From NCBI GenBank assembly GCA_907165135.1, contig OU015568.1, forward strand, positions 9,610,001 through 9,674,000: DNA of 64,000 nucleotides. The letters run 5' to 3'. Each line of letters begins with the position of its first letter. Within the stretch, counting starts at the first letter, position 1. The notes under the pieces were generated by a model. The model did no database searches and was not told the DNA's origin. It worked only from the letters and a program-made list of their open reading frames with translations. Below are positions 25,115-37,654 of the stretch, piece by piece. The translations under genes were made by a program, and so were the position numbers. This stretch comes from Oikopleura dioica (taxonomy: Eukaryota; Animalia; Chordata).

Positions 25115-25532
25115 TTATTGATAAAATACAAAAAATGCGAGAAGAACAACGACTATTACGACGGAAAGAATCGTTCTCATTTTGTCGGCTCTGAAAACAT
25201 TGTGTTAGAAGATGCTAATACAGTTGAGTTCTTACCGAGTTTCACAAAAGTGCTTGCAATGTTTTTTGAGCGGTTTTCCTTCGAAGTCAATGAAGAGTCT
25301 TGTGTCACGTGGTTGTGGCTCGTCTATCCAGTCGACTCGATCCGTTTCGGCTTCTCGTTTTTTGGGTTCATAGGAATCGGTCTTTGATGCGGAGATTTTT
25401 TGCGGAGGAACGGCATTTAGATTGTACTGAAAGTATGAATAACGATTGAAAACGAAGACTTACTGGTTGCTTCGAAATTGATACGGTCGGGACTCTGTCA
25501 TCCTGACCGGAATCTACGCCAAGGAAGCTCAT
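25115..25532 (-). CDS. Small tail-anchored membrane protein (~111 aa, 3 exons), unknown family
   Basis: Clean GT-AG model: MSFLGVDSGQDDRVPTVSISKQP|YNLNAV...HFCETR|ADKMRTILSVVIVVVLLAFFVFYQ*. Confidence 0.65.
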
Positions 25533-25680
25533 TCAGCGGCTCTGTTAACTAACTCACAAGTGCGAATAAATTTTTTTTCAAGGCGTGTTCTAGAATTTTG
25601 GAAAAAGGCGCAGTTTGAATGTTTGAAGCATATTTATTATTCACAGGGTATTTTTCAGATGTTTTTTTTTTTTTAAATTT

Positions 25681-26689
25681 TTAGAGCGCTGGTTTTTCAG
25701 TCGACCTCAATCGTTTGTCCAACGAATGTCGGTTCTCCACTGAAATGTCATCCGCAAGTCGTTTTCGCCTCAAGTATAGCATGTAGCTCACTACCAGCAA
25801 AATAACGACGAGGCAGAGCGCCGCGCCGATTAGGGCCCACTGGTCTTGTTTGTCCATCGCTGAGAATTTGTAAGAAAGAGTAGATTTTCGACGCTCTTCT
25901 TCTTTCATCTTCAGGTTGTTGAGGATCTTTTGTTTGCGTTCCAGCTGGATTTCGTAGTCGTAATAATAGCTGTCCGGAAATCGACCTTGCTCAACTCCAA
26001 CTACTTCGACTGAGTTTTCCTCCTTGATTTCAAGTTTAATAAATGATCAAAATTCAGAGAGTCTGGTAATGTCTTTGATGTTTAAAACTTACGACAAAAG
26101 CAGGAGCTCTATTCTGATTCTCCACATTTGGCATCGGCTTTTGAATTGGTCTGTTTGAATGTCGAACCGGAGTTTTTGCCATCTCGCCGGAGTTGGGTCT
26201 GGCGCGGATATTTGATGAAGGCATCTTCGTCGCCGTGAAGCCGCACATGATTTTGACTCCCTTTCCATGCTCCTGTAATGGCTGCATCAGGCGAATGTGC
26301 AAATCTCTCGATGTAGAAATGAACGGCGGGGGAGTATTCTTTCCGCAGAAGATTTCTTCGTCAAATGCGGTTTCTGCTTTTCCGTCGAAAACGATCACTC
26401 TTTTTTCGAAGTTCGAAAATTGAATCGATCAGAAACTGATCAAGACAAAAGAAGTGCATTTATTTTTCAGAACTTTTCCTTGACGATTGATCTCCTGGCA
26501 TATTCAGCATGTTTTTGCTTCCACAGCTATCAAGGTGAAAAACAGGCCATCTAATCTTGACTCTCATCCCTTCCGGCGCCTGTAGACGCCAAGTACAGTC
26601 AAATTGGGCATTGTTGATGTTTGGAAAAGAAGGAGAAACGAAAAACATTTCCCGTTCTTTCTCCGCCCGAATCGTTTCGTTTTGACATC
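25681..26689 (-). CDS. CUB-domain single-pass membrane protein, first exon not located
   Basis: GCQNETI...FVSPSFPN...DCTWRLQAPEGMRVKIRWPVFHLDSC...VFDG...IFCGKNTPPPFISTSRDLHI; TM WALIGAALCLVVILLVVSYMLYL followed by RRKR. Confidence 0.85.
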
Positions 26690-28022
26690 CTTAAATAAAA
26701 AGGGTTGAGAGTGGTTCAGACAGGTCAAATAGGGGGTGAGCCCAGCATATTTAGATTCCAAACATCCTAAAGGAATTCGCACACGAATTTTAAGCTTTTT
26801 GATTTCTGAGTTCACAAAAATTACAGAAGAAATTCAGAAGTATAATTTTTTTGGCTTTTATCAGGAGTAAAATTTTAATTTTTTAAACTTGCTCTTCGAT
26901 GAAATTCGGTTTTTTATTGTGTAAAAATAAGACTTACTGGCAATTTCCCATCTGTAATCGTAAGCTTGAATTTGTGCAAAGAAGAGAAATATCAAAATTT
27001 TTGCTCGTTTCATTTTTTATTTCTCTTTTATCTTCGTTTTTATACAATTTGGCTCTAGTCGCACGAAACTGGAGCGTTGGTGCATCTGCTCCACCAGCAA
27101 GGACCTACGTGCTTGGCCACGCCATTGGCTACCGTGCAGACCTTCCATTGCAGATTCTAGTGCTGCGAGAGCGCCTTAGGCGAAATAATCCGTACTACCG
27201 AGTTATTATTAGCGCCACGCTGATCTTACAACTAGGAATTCCCAATTTAATTCTAAAAATATTGCCGAATTTTCTACGTACAATGACTAACTTATCAATA
27301 TCGCAAAATGACAATTGTTTCGGGGATTTTCTTGTTTGAATATTTACAGTAGTCACCACAGGCAACGTGTCAGCCGCTAGAACGAACATGATTTTCAGTG
27401 ACAATCAGCGGCAGATCCCTCTTATTATTTTGCATAATTCAAAATCTCCCTCGTATTTAAACCGAGTACAATCAAACAAACTAAAAAGAAAAATAAAAAA
27501 AAAGAATCAGAAAAAAAGAAACTCAAAAGCTATGATTTTTTTCCTCTTCTTTCTTCTTCACGGTAAGAATCACTTTCTATCAAAATTTACAAATCCCTTT
27601 TCAGAAATTTTTGCCGTACACTTGAGTCTATTTGACCCTTCGCTGTGGAACAACCGTCCTTCAAAAATGGTCAGATCTGTTAATAATAAGTGGAAGCGAG
27701 CCACTCATTTTCACGAAACTGAGAAAGAAAATCCATTGAGTCTTTTGTACCTGAACTATCTTCATAATGAGTAAATAAAACAACTTTCTTTTTTCTCATT
27801 TTTATTTTGGGAATGGACAAAAATGACAAGTGAGTAGGAGGAAGAAATTGTTAAAATACACAGCAGTATTTTTGGCACAACCAATTATTTTGTCAATAAT
27901 TGATTAAATTTATCAAAACAGCCATTTCGAATTATTCAAAATGGCTTTGCCAAAAAAAGGGAAGGATGCGATAGAGCAAATGGGCAATTTTAACAGAAAA
28001 TTAATGGCTTTAAAATCCTTCT

Positions 28023-30001
28023 TCAAGGACTGCTGGTCAAGTAAACGCCAAAGATGGAGAACATTCGGTCTATTTGAGCTTGATTGAATCCCCAGGTTCG
28101 CGAGGCACAGGCGAGACCTTTTTGAGCGTAGTTGTTTGTCAGCCACGAGCTGCACTTGATGTTGTAGTTGAGGCACCAGCTCAGTGACCAGCGGTTCATG
28201 AAAGTGCAGAAACTGGCGTCAAATGGAGTAGTTGGGTTTCGTGTAGAGTTGCAGGGCTAAAAATCAGTTTTATTTTCGTTGGCGATTTTCTGAAATCGTA
28301 TCTATTTAATCCCACAAAAGGAAGATTTCATCCCCAAAAAGCTTCCTTTATCCGGTCATTAGACACTTTAAAAAAATTTTCCCCAGTCGGATTAAAAATT
28401 TTTATGATCGCGTCTTACAACTTCCGAGCGCGCGATTGATGAAAAAGGGATGATTTTATTGCGCTGTCATTTTTCTGAAAATTACCTCGACGACGGAAAG
28501 GGTTCCCTGGCAGATTGATGCGTCGTTGGCAACGCAGGATCGGGTTCGCGTCTTTTTGGAGTCGTAGCAAGAGGACCAGGCGGACCAGTCGCCCCAGATT
28601 CGAAGGCTTGTTCCGCAGCTCTAGAATACCGATAACGACAAATTTTACTTCTTCAAACTTACTCTTTGAGTGGTCAAGTATCCTTGGCAAAGATCAGGAT
28701 TGGATGAAACACAATCTCGTCGTCTAGTAGACACATTTCCGACACAATCGCTCCAGTTGCTCCAGTCTCCCCAAATCTTGCCATTGAAATTGCATCCGGG
28801 AATCGGTCGGTTTTTGTAGGGAGATCCTTCGCAGCAATTTTTATCGTACGAATTTGTCTGGCATGATCTAAATACAAAAAATGAGCTAATGTTACACCTT
28901 TCTCATTCTTTCGCTCTCAGGGTTAGTGTCAACCCCAACCTCTCACGGTATCCTTGACATAAAACCTTGTATACCCTTAAGATAACCTAGAGGGCAGTTT
29001 TGTGGTAAAGTTTACCTGAGTGCAGTTTGTTGACAGCTCTGTTCGGCAGATTCCCACTCGGACCATCCTGTCCAGTAGCAGAAAGTTGTTGGCTGCGTTG
29101 GAGCTGGTGTGGGTGTCGTGTAGCAGGATGTGGAGCAAGGAACGTACTAGAAAGTGGAAATTCAGCAAATTGTTCTTTGATGAACTTGAAATTGGATTGT
29201 CGGTAATTGGGTGGAATTAAAGTAGTCTGAATTAACTTCTTCCTCTCTAGTTCCATCGTATTGACGTCACAAGGAGGGCCCTCGGGCGCTTGGAGTAGCT
29301 AGGAAACGTGCTTACTCCTGATACTCTATGTCTTTCTTTCCCGCTGTGTTTGGTTCTTTTGATTACTTGTTTGATAAAAAATAAAGAACTAAACTAGCGC
29401 TACGTTAATAGACCAAATTCAATTTAGAAAAAGAAATCCACTTACAGCAGTTGTCGCGCCGTAACACTCGCAATCCGTGTTCTTGCATGTTCGTTCGTAA
29501 TAAATTCGTTGTTTCACAGGGCCATTGCAACAGTCAGATGTCTGTTTCCAAGCAGCCCAGAGGGATTTCTCGCCACAGGTGCCTTCGGAGTTTACTGGGG
29601 GTTTGACGACAACGAGGTCTCTGATTGCAGGCTGAAATTGACGATTAAAAAGGGTGATAACAAGGAACTCGGGTTTTGCTTCTAGTAAGGTTAGGGTTAG
29701 GGTTATTTTACAGTTGGTAGTTTCAAGAGCTAGTGATGCATATTGTCTTTTTAGAAACAGATGTCTCTTGCTTGTCTTAGACTCTGAGCAGTCCGGAAAA
29801 AATGATAAGCAAGAAAAGCACTTATACGGCTCTTATCTTTACAAACAACAATTACAAGTTGTAACCGAACAGTTAATTAAAGCTCGCTATACAAATTTTT
29901 CTTCATCTCTTTTCAAGAATCAGGTTCTATCTCTGACAGTAGCTACTTACATAAGCTCCTTCAGCAACGGAAACTAGCAGCGCAGCACTTGTAAATTTCA
30001 T
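28023..30001 (-). CDS. Secreted thrombospondin type-1 repeat protein (about 4 TSP1 units, 6 exons)
   Basis: Signal MKFTSAALLVSVAEGAY; exons with WAAWKQTSDCC, WTGWSEWES, WGDWSNWSDC..STRRRDC, WGDWSAWSSC..KTRTRSC; Cys/Trp C-terminal exon. Missed by the ORF track. Confidence 0.85.
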
Positions 30002-31999
30002 CGTTTTAACTATTTTTTTCTTTCCTTTTTTTACTTGCGGCAACTTCCTGTCTTTAGAAAAAGTTTCTTCTTTTTGTCACGAAGCAAGAAAGTGTTGTTT
30101 AATCAAAAAGTGGAAGAGTAAGCGGAGAAAGTTATGGGATGAGGGTTACACGTTGCTTTTTAAATAGGCTGGGCGGCGCTAAACAGACTTTGAACGCGCG
30201 GTGAATAAGCGCGCGCGCCACCAACTGGACAATCACTTTCATTTCTCTCTTCATATTTTACGTAGACACAAGGCCAGGCCCACTGGGTTAATCAACTAAT
30301 GATTGGTACCAATTATGGGCTCGGGTTGAATCATAGAAGGCCGAGAATCACATAAGGTCCTTACGATAAGGGACTGAACCGTCCCTTATTATAAGAAAAG
30401 AATTATCTTTACCTAGATTGCAGAATTTTTTCTCAGATTTAATTTTGCTACTCCCTTATTTCTGCTAAACAAAATAAGCCAATACTGATACGCCAGTTGA
30501 AAGCTCATGCAGAAAGAAACGAGTCTAAGAAATCAAAGTGTTTCTCCGAGTTCTCGGCCGGAAGTGGACTCTTGAGCGGCCAGAGCCATTAAATGCTCGA
30601 TTTCAAGCAAGAAGGTTGAAGTGCTTATTATGGAGACATGCAGTCTCATTTTGATAAGTCTGTATATAAACACCTGGCATGGTCTTTGCAGCATGGATTC
30701 ACGATTTCTACATAAACTCGCACGATCTTTACCAAAAAGATGCTCTCTAAGCGATAAACCCGTTATCAGCGGAATTCTTCTGACTTTACGGTAGGGATAA
30801 AGACACACCCATACACACATTCATTTTTACGAGTGGAATCCATCATCCAATTTATTTCTTTTTGAGGTTGATATCATAAGTGTTTACAAGTCGATAAGCA
30901 GTTTGAATTAAACCCGGACAAGAGTGGATTATCTGACTTATAAAATTTAGAAGACTTAAAATCTATCTAGATATCGGCTCTTATTTCAACTTTCGAGTCC
31001 TTTTTCTAAAGAAGGCTCTTAGCAAAATATGCAAGTGATGATAAAATATAGTATTGAACTCAAGAAAGAATCTTGTAAATAACATTAAAATGTAATTACT
31101 TGTGAGTTTGGCTTGAGCTCAAATTTTTTTCTGAGTCTGACACGATCTACGGTCTAAATTTATGATTCCCGATTTATGATAGTCAAAGTTGGCGTCTTGA
31201 GTATCCGCTCTTCGAAGTTCAATCAAGTCAGGTTCAGGATTCTGAAGATAAAGTAACCACAGGACATGATGATAACACAGACCCAAATCTACTAACTAAC
31301 TCCCTGTCCGGATTTTTATACTGCAGATAGGCGAACATAGGAAAGGGTTTAAAATGGAAAGTCAACTAGAAACTGGCTAGAAGACTTCCCAGATCACCAG
31401 CGACCAATCTTAGATTGGCAATCTATCTATTTGTTCATAAACAAGCGATAATTATGAAAAACATAATCTCTCCCAAGAACTGGCCGGCAGCTGGTATATA
31501 TCCAACTAGAAGGCATAAAACTCAATTAGTCGAAGAACAAAGTCTTTAACAATGTCCGGCGAGAAGAAGCTCTTGAACCCCCAATTTTCTCATCAGGAGG
31601 TATTAAAAATGCTAAAATACCATTTATTGATGCTATGAAATTTACGGCTTCGACTGATTTTGAAAATTTTTATGGACACGTCGACGGGGAAGGAGGATGA
31701 AACGACAAGGATCGCACACTTCTTTTATAAGATCAAAAGTGGATTATAGTGTCTTTTTTGAACCAGAATAGGCGTTTTTAGATCTTCGAAAGCGATTAAG
31801 ATAGTCATTTGTTTTATGTTCTTCCATGTCGACAGCCTTATAAAATCCCTCTTTTGGTCATTACTGATTCTTATTTATTGCAAAAGTCAGGATTAAAGCT
31901 CGATCAAGTTCTATTAGAGTTCAAAAATTATTTCAAAAACAAGCTCTTTAAAAAGTTTACAGTTGATGAAATTCAAAAATAATCTTATTGCCGGTGATT

Positions 32000-33292
32000 T
32001 CTATGAGCTCAACTGTACACAAACAAAAAAGCGCGAGCATTGGAAAAATTACTATTTCCGAAAATAGCGCTTTCGTCTTTCGTCTTTGATATTTGATAAT
32101 TTGATGGCCATAATCCAATTTCGCGACACATTGGTTAAGTTACACGACAAACATATTTTCGATGCACCTTCCATGAATTTGTTGGTGTTAACAAACTCGG
32201 TTTATATCTTGTTCAAATTTGGGAGATGGTCCAAAACATTCTTTCCGCTGGGGAAATCCGGGATATCCTTGGCCCATGATAACATAGCTTTTTATAGCTG
32301 GGCTAATGAGGCTTCTTGATCTCTAAGGATGGTATTACATAACTCGTCGTTTCAAAATCCATGTTCAATATGACAATTTGTTCCTTAGAAGAAAAAGGAG
32401 CTAGAATTATGATTACGGTAATTTGTGCTTCTGATAAGTTTTTGTCTAAAAGAAGCATAAATGAACAAAGAGTGATCCGGCTTCACCTGATGGAACCACC
32501 CTGTGTCCACTTGAAAATCGCAGCTGATCGATTCGCGATTCGAAATCACGATCAGAAACACGTTAAAACCTCACGTGAAAACTTTTCTACTCATTTGATT
32601 CCACGTGTTCAATAAATCTGGGTTTCTGGGGAGGTGTTCTTTTTTCAACTTTCTCAGATTCTTAAAAACTCGAATACCCAAAAGCGCTCTATCGTCAATC
32701 CTGGGCTCCCAATGTCGATTCACTCTTCGCAATCTTGGAGAGGGCCCTTCGCAAGATACCGCAGAGACAGTCCATTCCTGCGGTTCGTCTTATAATTTCA
32801 TAAATGTCACATGATAAAAAGATGTCTCGTTCAATTTCTTCATGTTCGATTTTGGCGCGAACCTTGCACTTGTCAGTCGTTATTTTGAAAACACCAACAA
32901 CTCCGTCATTAAAGCTCGCTCTGGTGCGTTATCGAAGTTATCTCCCCCGGCTTTATCAATGCTGAGTTTATGTCTTCAAGTCCCAAAACAACGGAGATGT
33001 TTCTTTGACCGGCATGACATTGATTTTGGATTTTGATTTCGACGAGGACAGAAACATGAATTCTGAAAGATAGAATTTCTGCTGCGCTAGGAATCTTGCA
33101 TGAATGTCCCAAGCAACCACGTGATATAACGAAATATCTATTAGGAACCTCCTTTTTTAGAGAATGAGTGTTTTTGAGCATTATCTTTAGAGCCTCCACA
33201 CCTTTCTGTCCCAAGTGCTTTGGCTTTGACACCAACCGTTCGAGATAACCGAGCTTTAGCGGTTTTGAGGACCCACTGAGCGTTCCAGTCAC
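32000..33292 (-). pseudogene. Degenerate intronless coding block, possible transposon or virus relic
   Basis: Long near-open frames broken by scattered stops and frameshifts; no diagnostic motif seen. Confidence 0.25.
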
Positions 33293-34217
33293 CTAGATTA
33301 GGAATGGATCATTTCGAAATTACAGTACCCTTTCGTTCCTCCATAAATTCAAATAGGCTACTCATCGTTTTAATTAAATTTTGATCAATCTTGCTGCCGA
33401 AAATCACGACTCTAGGGGGTTTAAAGTGTGAAGCATAATGAATTTCTTGTATTTCGAGCCCTTTTAGAGCATCGTTGATGATTTATCGATTACAAATTTG
33501 ATTGTTTAGAAATTGGAGCGAAAATCAGAAGTCTGACAGTTGAACATTTTTGACGTAAGAATTCTTGAAGAGAGTTTTTCTGAGAGAGTTCTATTTTCGG
33601 CGAAAAATTTTGTTTCTTCTTGAGAAACAACAGGACTTGCAAATGTTCAAGAAGAAGTCCTCACGAAAAGCCGCCGCTATCTGACGGATCACACTCTGCT
33701 GGGCGAGCACTAGAACGTGTAAATATTTTTAGCTCTTTGGTTCTAAGTGCTTTCTTCTTTGTATTCTAGCTTCGAGGATTGACGTAGTCAGAATTTTGAA
33801 TTTTGAGATTTTTTACTCAAGAAATTTTTCAAATTTAACGGTGAATTTTTACGTTTCTTTTGTTTTTTAAATTGAATCGGAAGTGAATAATAATCATGTA
33901 AAAATGGCTCTATATCAAAATAAAACATGTTGAACAAATTGACGTCTGAACTCAACAACAAAGATGTAATGACTGTATATTTAAAGTTCATCCATTGAAA
34001 TTGACTATGTCACGTTTTCAATTTCAAATTGACCAGCTTGAGATGATGAGTCCAATTTTCCTCCGTGGGTGTGCCACGGTCGAAAGCGATTCCTTCGAAA
34101 ACAACAAGTACAGGATGAGTGTGCAGTTAGCAAGGTGAAATTGGAATCTCGTGTATTTGTGGAAATTCCTAAATATTTTTTCATATCATTCAAGCTCAAA
34201 AAACCTCATTCGCCAAT

Positions 34218-34649
34218 TGACGTCACAGCAGCTTTTTCGGAAGACCTCGTTATTGGTAAGTACTACTGTGCCTCTCAAATTACTCCTTGAATGTTTAGAT
34301 TACATCTTATCTCATCAAGAACTTACCACAAAAATATGTTGAGTGAGTCAGTAATCATGAACTTAACAAAATTCTTGCTTTGTATCTCGGTTCCAAAACA
34401 ATTTTGATTTTTAGAATAGACGCTCCTCGCGTCCTCGACCTTCTCTGAAATAATTTTTATCCCCATAATAATGAACCGTCAACCGATAATTGGACAAAAA
34501 GAACACTCATGCTCCTTCTTTTTAGAAATCGAGAGGAAAGAGAGGTATTTGAAGAATTGCATTTCTCCTGTCAGAAAAAGCATTACGTCACGTACCTTCA
34601 AAAAAGGGTTGAGAATCTGGCCATGACGTCAGATTACAAATTGACGTCA
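34218..34649. promoter_or_regulatory. Cluster of CRE/bZIP sites
   Basis: TGACGTCA at 34218, 34624 and 34642, plus TTACGTCA at 34583; 0.8-1.2 kb upstream of the Ly6-like gene. Confidence 0.45.
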
Positions 34650-35453
34650 CGAACTTCACCGAGCAAGAATTTCCCCGGCTTCGGTTTCAAGTTTGTTTTG
34701 ATGCTCCCGAGCACTTTTCGACAATTTTTTTGACAAGATTAATCACCAAGAACTAGAATTTTTTAGATCACTTGCTTATTCACGTGATCACGAAAAAAGA
34801 AGAACCAGCCGGTTGCCAGCGCGCAATCTCCGGTCTAACCGCAGTTAGATCGGAGGCGGAAATCCTCGAATCCTATTATCAACATAATAGGACCGTCATT
34901 TCACGCCAAATATTTATCTCTCCCTCTACCTTGTTAGTAAACAAACAATAAATGGATACAGTTAAGTTTGAACTATAACTTATAGTCTATAAGTCTCCTT
35001 ATTTTTTTTTATTTTAAATTTTCAATGATGTATTTTTGGAGCCATAAATAATAGCTGGAGCCGTGAAGGTGTGAAAAGATCTAGAGATTATGTCAAGTGC
35101 TCGGTGCTCTCGTAGAACACGTTGCCACGTGATCGCCTGACGAGACAATCTTGTGTAGATAATCGTGTTCTTCGAGAAGAGTCCGATTTTTTAGACCAAT
35201 TTTCTGTTCCTATTCGAGCTTTTTCGAAGTTGAAATATACTTTTTATAACCAAGCAATTATAAATTGGTATCCTAAACATTGACCTCGTATGTCGATAGA
35301 AATATTAATTCGCCGTATATTCACCATTTTTGCATTTGAAGATGACTCGTATTTGTCTTTCTGGAAAAGAAAAAAACGTTACGTTTCACACTTATTTGAA
35401 AGAAATCACCAGCTCCAATCGACTCGGACCAGTCATTCCGTCAAACTCAAAAA

Positions 35454-36689
35454 ATGAAGCTATTATCTTCGATTTTACTTTTTGCTGTTTCGCTTATTTC
35501 GGCGGAAGAAACGACAACGAGCACAACGACTTCAGCCGAAACGACTACAACTGTGATTCCTCAGAGAGCTTGTTATGATTGTTCTTATAAAATGTTCGCG
35601 AATGGGACGGAGACTGGAGAGAAATCTTGTCTTGAAGGTGAAATTTTTGAAAATAATTTACCAAAAAGAAAATTAAGGCAATGAGAACCTGGCCCATACA
35701 AACATCACCCACGTCTGTTTCTCCAGCTTCAAGAGAACAGTCAAAAACGGCGAAATCGTCGAAATAGAAATCACAAGAGGGAAAAAAGACAAAAAGAACC
35801 CTGGAATGATCAATGGTCAATATCATCAAAACAACACTGATGGTCAGTTTTTTCGCATTTCTTGACATTTTTTCGAAAATAATTAAAGTGAACGTTGTTT
35901 GTTTGGATAATTCTAACTGCAATGGTGACAGTGCAAGCGATTTCATCACTGCTGGTAAGATAACTGTGTAAATAATTAATTTCCAAGCAATTTATCAAAA
36001 GATATAAATGATAAAACTACAACCACCACAACGACCACTACCACCACCACTACAACCACCACGACAACAACAACAACGACTACAACAACGCCTCCAACAA
36101 CATCCCGAACAACTACACCATCGACTACCTCATCAACTCCAGGAAGACGCCATGCTCGCTCTGTAGAAGATGATGAAACAACTACTCAAAAAACAACAAC
36201 AACAACTCCGCGTAAAAATCATTCTTCGCAATTTTCAAACTAAAATCTATTTATAGCTGTTTTGAACTGCTACAGTTGCTCGCAAACTGGCTCAGATTCT
36301 ACTGGTGATTGCTGGGTAAGAAAACAAAACTTTCAACTGTTGAATTTTCCATTTTCAACTTTAGACCCCGTCTGACTCAACCCAACAAGAAGTATGCGAC
36401 AATGGCTGCATCGCAAGAATGACCCAAGGCTTTCAATCTGGTTCCGGATTCCAAACACAAGTCGAACGAACTTGCTCACGTGCGTAATCCAATGTTATTC
36501 TTGGTGTCAGAATGAAAACTCAGCTAAAAGCGCTTTTTAGCCGCCGATGCCCCAGATACCGACGAGACTGAGAAGAAATTTGAGGAATTTTTCGAGTGCG
36601 AAAACGATCTCTGCAACGATTTCAAATACAGCGCCGCAGAAACTGCTTTTCTTAGCTCTTTAGTTCTTCTTTTACTGGCACTTCTTTGA
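35454..36689 (+). CDS. GPI-anchored Ly6/uPAR (three-finger)-like protein with two Cys domains and Thr-rich linkers
   Basis: Signal peptide; CYDCSYK...CLDNSNCN; poly-Thr linker; NCYSCSQT...DCW...VCDNGCIAR...ECENDLCN; hydrophobic tail FLSSLVLLLLALL*. Confidence 0.75.
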
Positions 36690-37128
36690 ATAAACTGATA
36701 AAGCTCTAGAATAAAATATCAGTAACCATAGCTCATTTTGCAGTTTTTTGAACAGAGTTTTTAGTCGAAGGTAATTCAGTTATCATATTATATGTTTGAA
36801 ATAATAAGATATTGATGTCCTATGCCATTTATATAATAATTTTTGTTTTCTCCCACTCAGCTTTTTTGCTAGAAGTGGGAAATATCCACAAGACTCGAAT
36901 AAAAATTGACTTTGGTTGGCAGAAATCGGCGGATAAATTGCTTACTTAACCTTTTTATTCCTTCAAAAAGCGAAAATTGGTCTGGGAACAGACGAAACTC
37001 TGCCGCGGAAGGGTCAAAAATGGGAAGGCAACCGAAGGGATTAACAACTCCGAGGATGAGGAAATATAAGCGGCGTGTCCGAGTCCCTTTCAATTAATAC
37101 TGTGAAATAGTAAAACTAAAGAGACAAA

Positions 37129-37405
37129 ATGGAGGCTAGGCAGGTCGACAAGATGGTCGCTAAGGTAAGTCTTTCAGTGCTTTTCTTTCAACTGAGTGAA
37201 TTTGTTTCAGCGAAAGATGAAGAACAGACGGGGCAAGGGACGAATTCAAACTGCAAAGCGCCTTGATCGGATCCCTGATTCTGAGTATCCGAAGCCGAAT
37301 TTCCAGATGCGATTTGAAGTCAGCGCCAAACGGAAGAAACAGGTAATTATTTAAACGAAAACGATGGAATTTAAAACATCTTTTCAGATGCAGCGCTCTC
37401 AGTAA
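37129..37405 (+). CDS. Small very basic protein (61 aa, 3 exons), unknown family
   Basis: Canonical gtaagt/gtaatt donors and ttcag acceptors give MEARQVDKMVAK|RKMKNRRGKGRIQTAKRLDRIPDSEYPKPNFQMRFEVSAKRKKQ|MQRSQ*; AATAAA follows. Confidence 0.6.
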
Positions 37406-37533
37406 CGAAATAAACGAGGACTGCCGAATCGCCATCGTTTTAAAAACTGATCCTGCCAAATTGCCAAAAATACAAATAAACTGATTGAAAATCTGAACTT
37501 TCAACAACCATAGCCACCAAAAACAACCTCGAG

Positions 37534-37606
37534 CTTGATGAAATTTGTCAGTGTAGAAAAGTCCCTCCAAACGGGTTTAATTTTCTCACGTCATTCGCTC
37601 AACAAG
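37534..37606 (-). promoter_or_regulatory. SECIS element (form 2) in the deiodinase 3'UTR
   Basis: Minus strand: CTTGTTGA..ATGAC GTGAGAAAATT AAA CCCgtttggaGGG ACTTTTCTACAC TGAC..TCATCAAG. Non-Watson-Crick quartet, ~10-bp helix II, apical AAA, mini-stem and helix I all pair by eye. Confidence 0.85.
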
Positions 37607-37654
37607 TTCAAGAGAAGAATTGGCAGCTACGGTCGATCAAACTCTGATTTATTC

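Noticed and set aside
27360-27400. In-frame TGA in SSG*HVACGDYC as a novel selenoprotein
   Set aside because: No known Sec motif, no coherent gene model and no SECIS.
36016-36210. ACN trinucleotide microsatellite
   Set aside because: It is the coding poly-Thr linker of the Ly6-like gene.
37160-37570. 136-aa minus-strand ORF
   Set aside because: Shadow of the plus-strand small gene and the deiodinase 3'UTR; the splice signals are on the plus strand.
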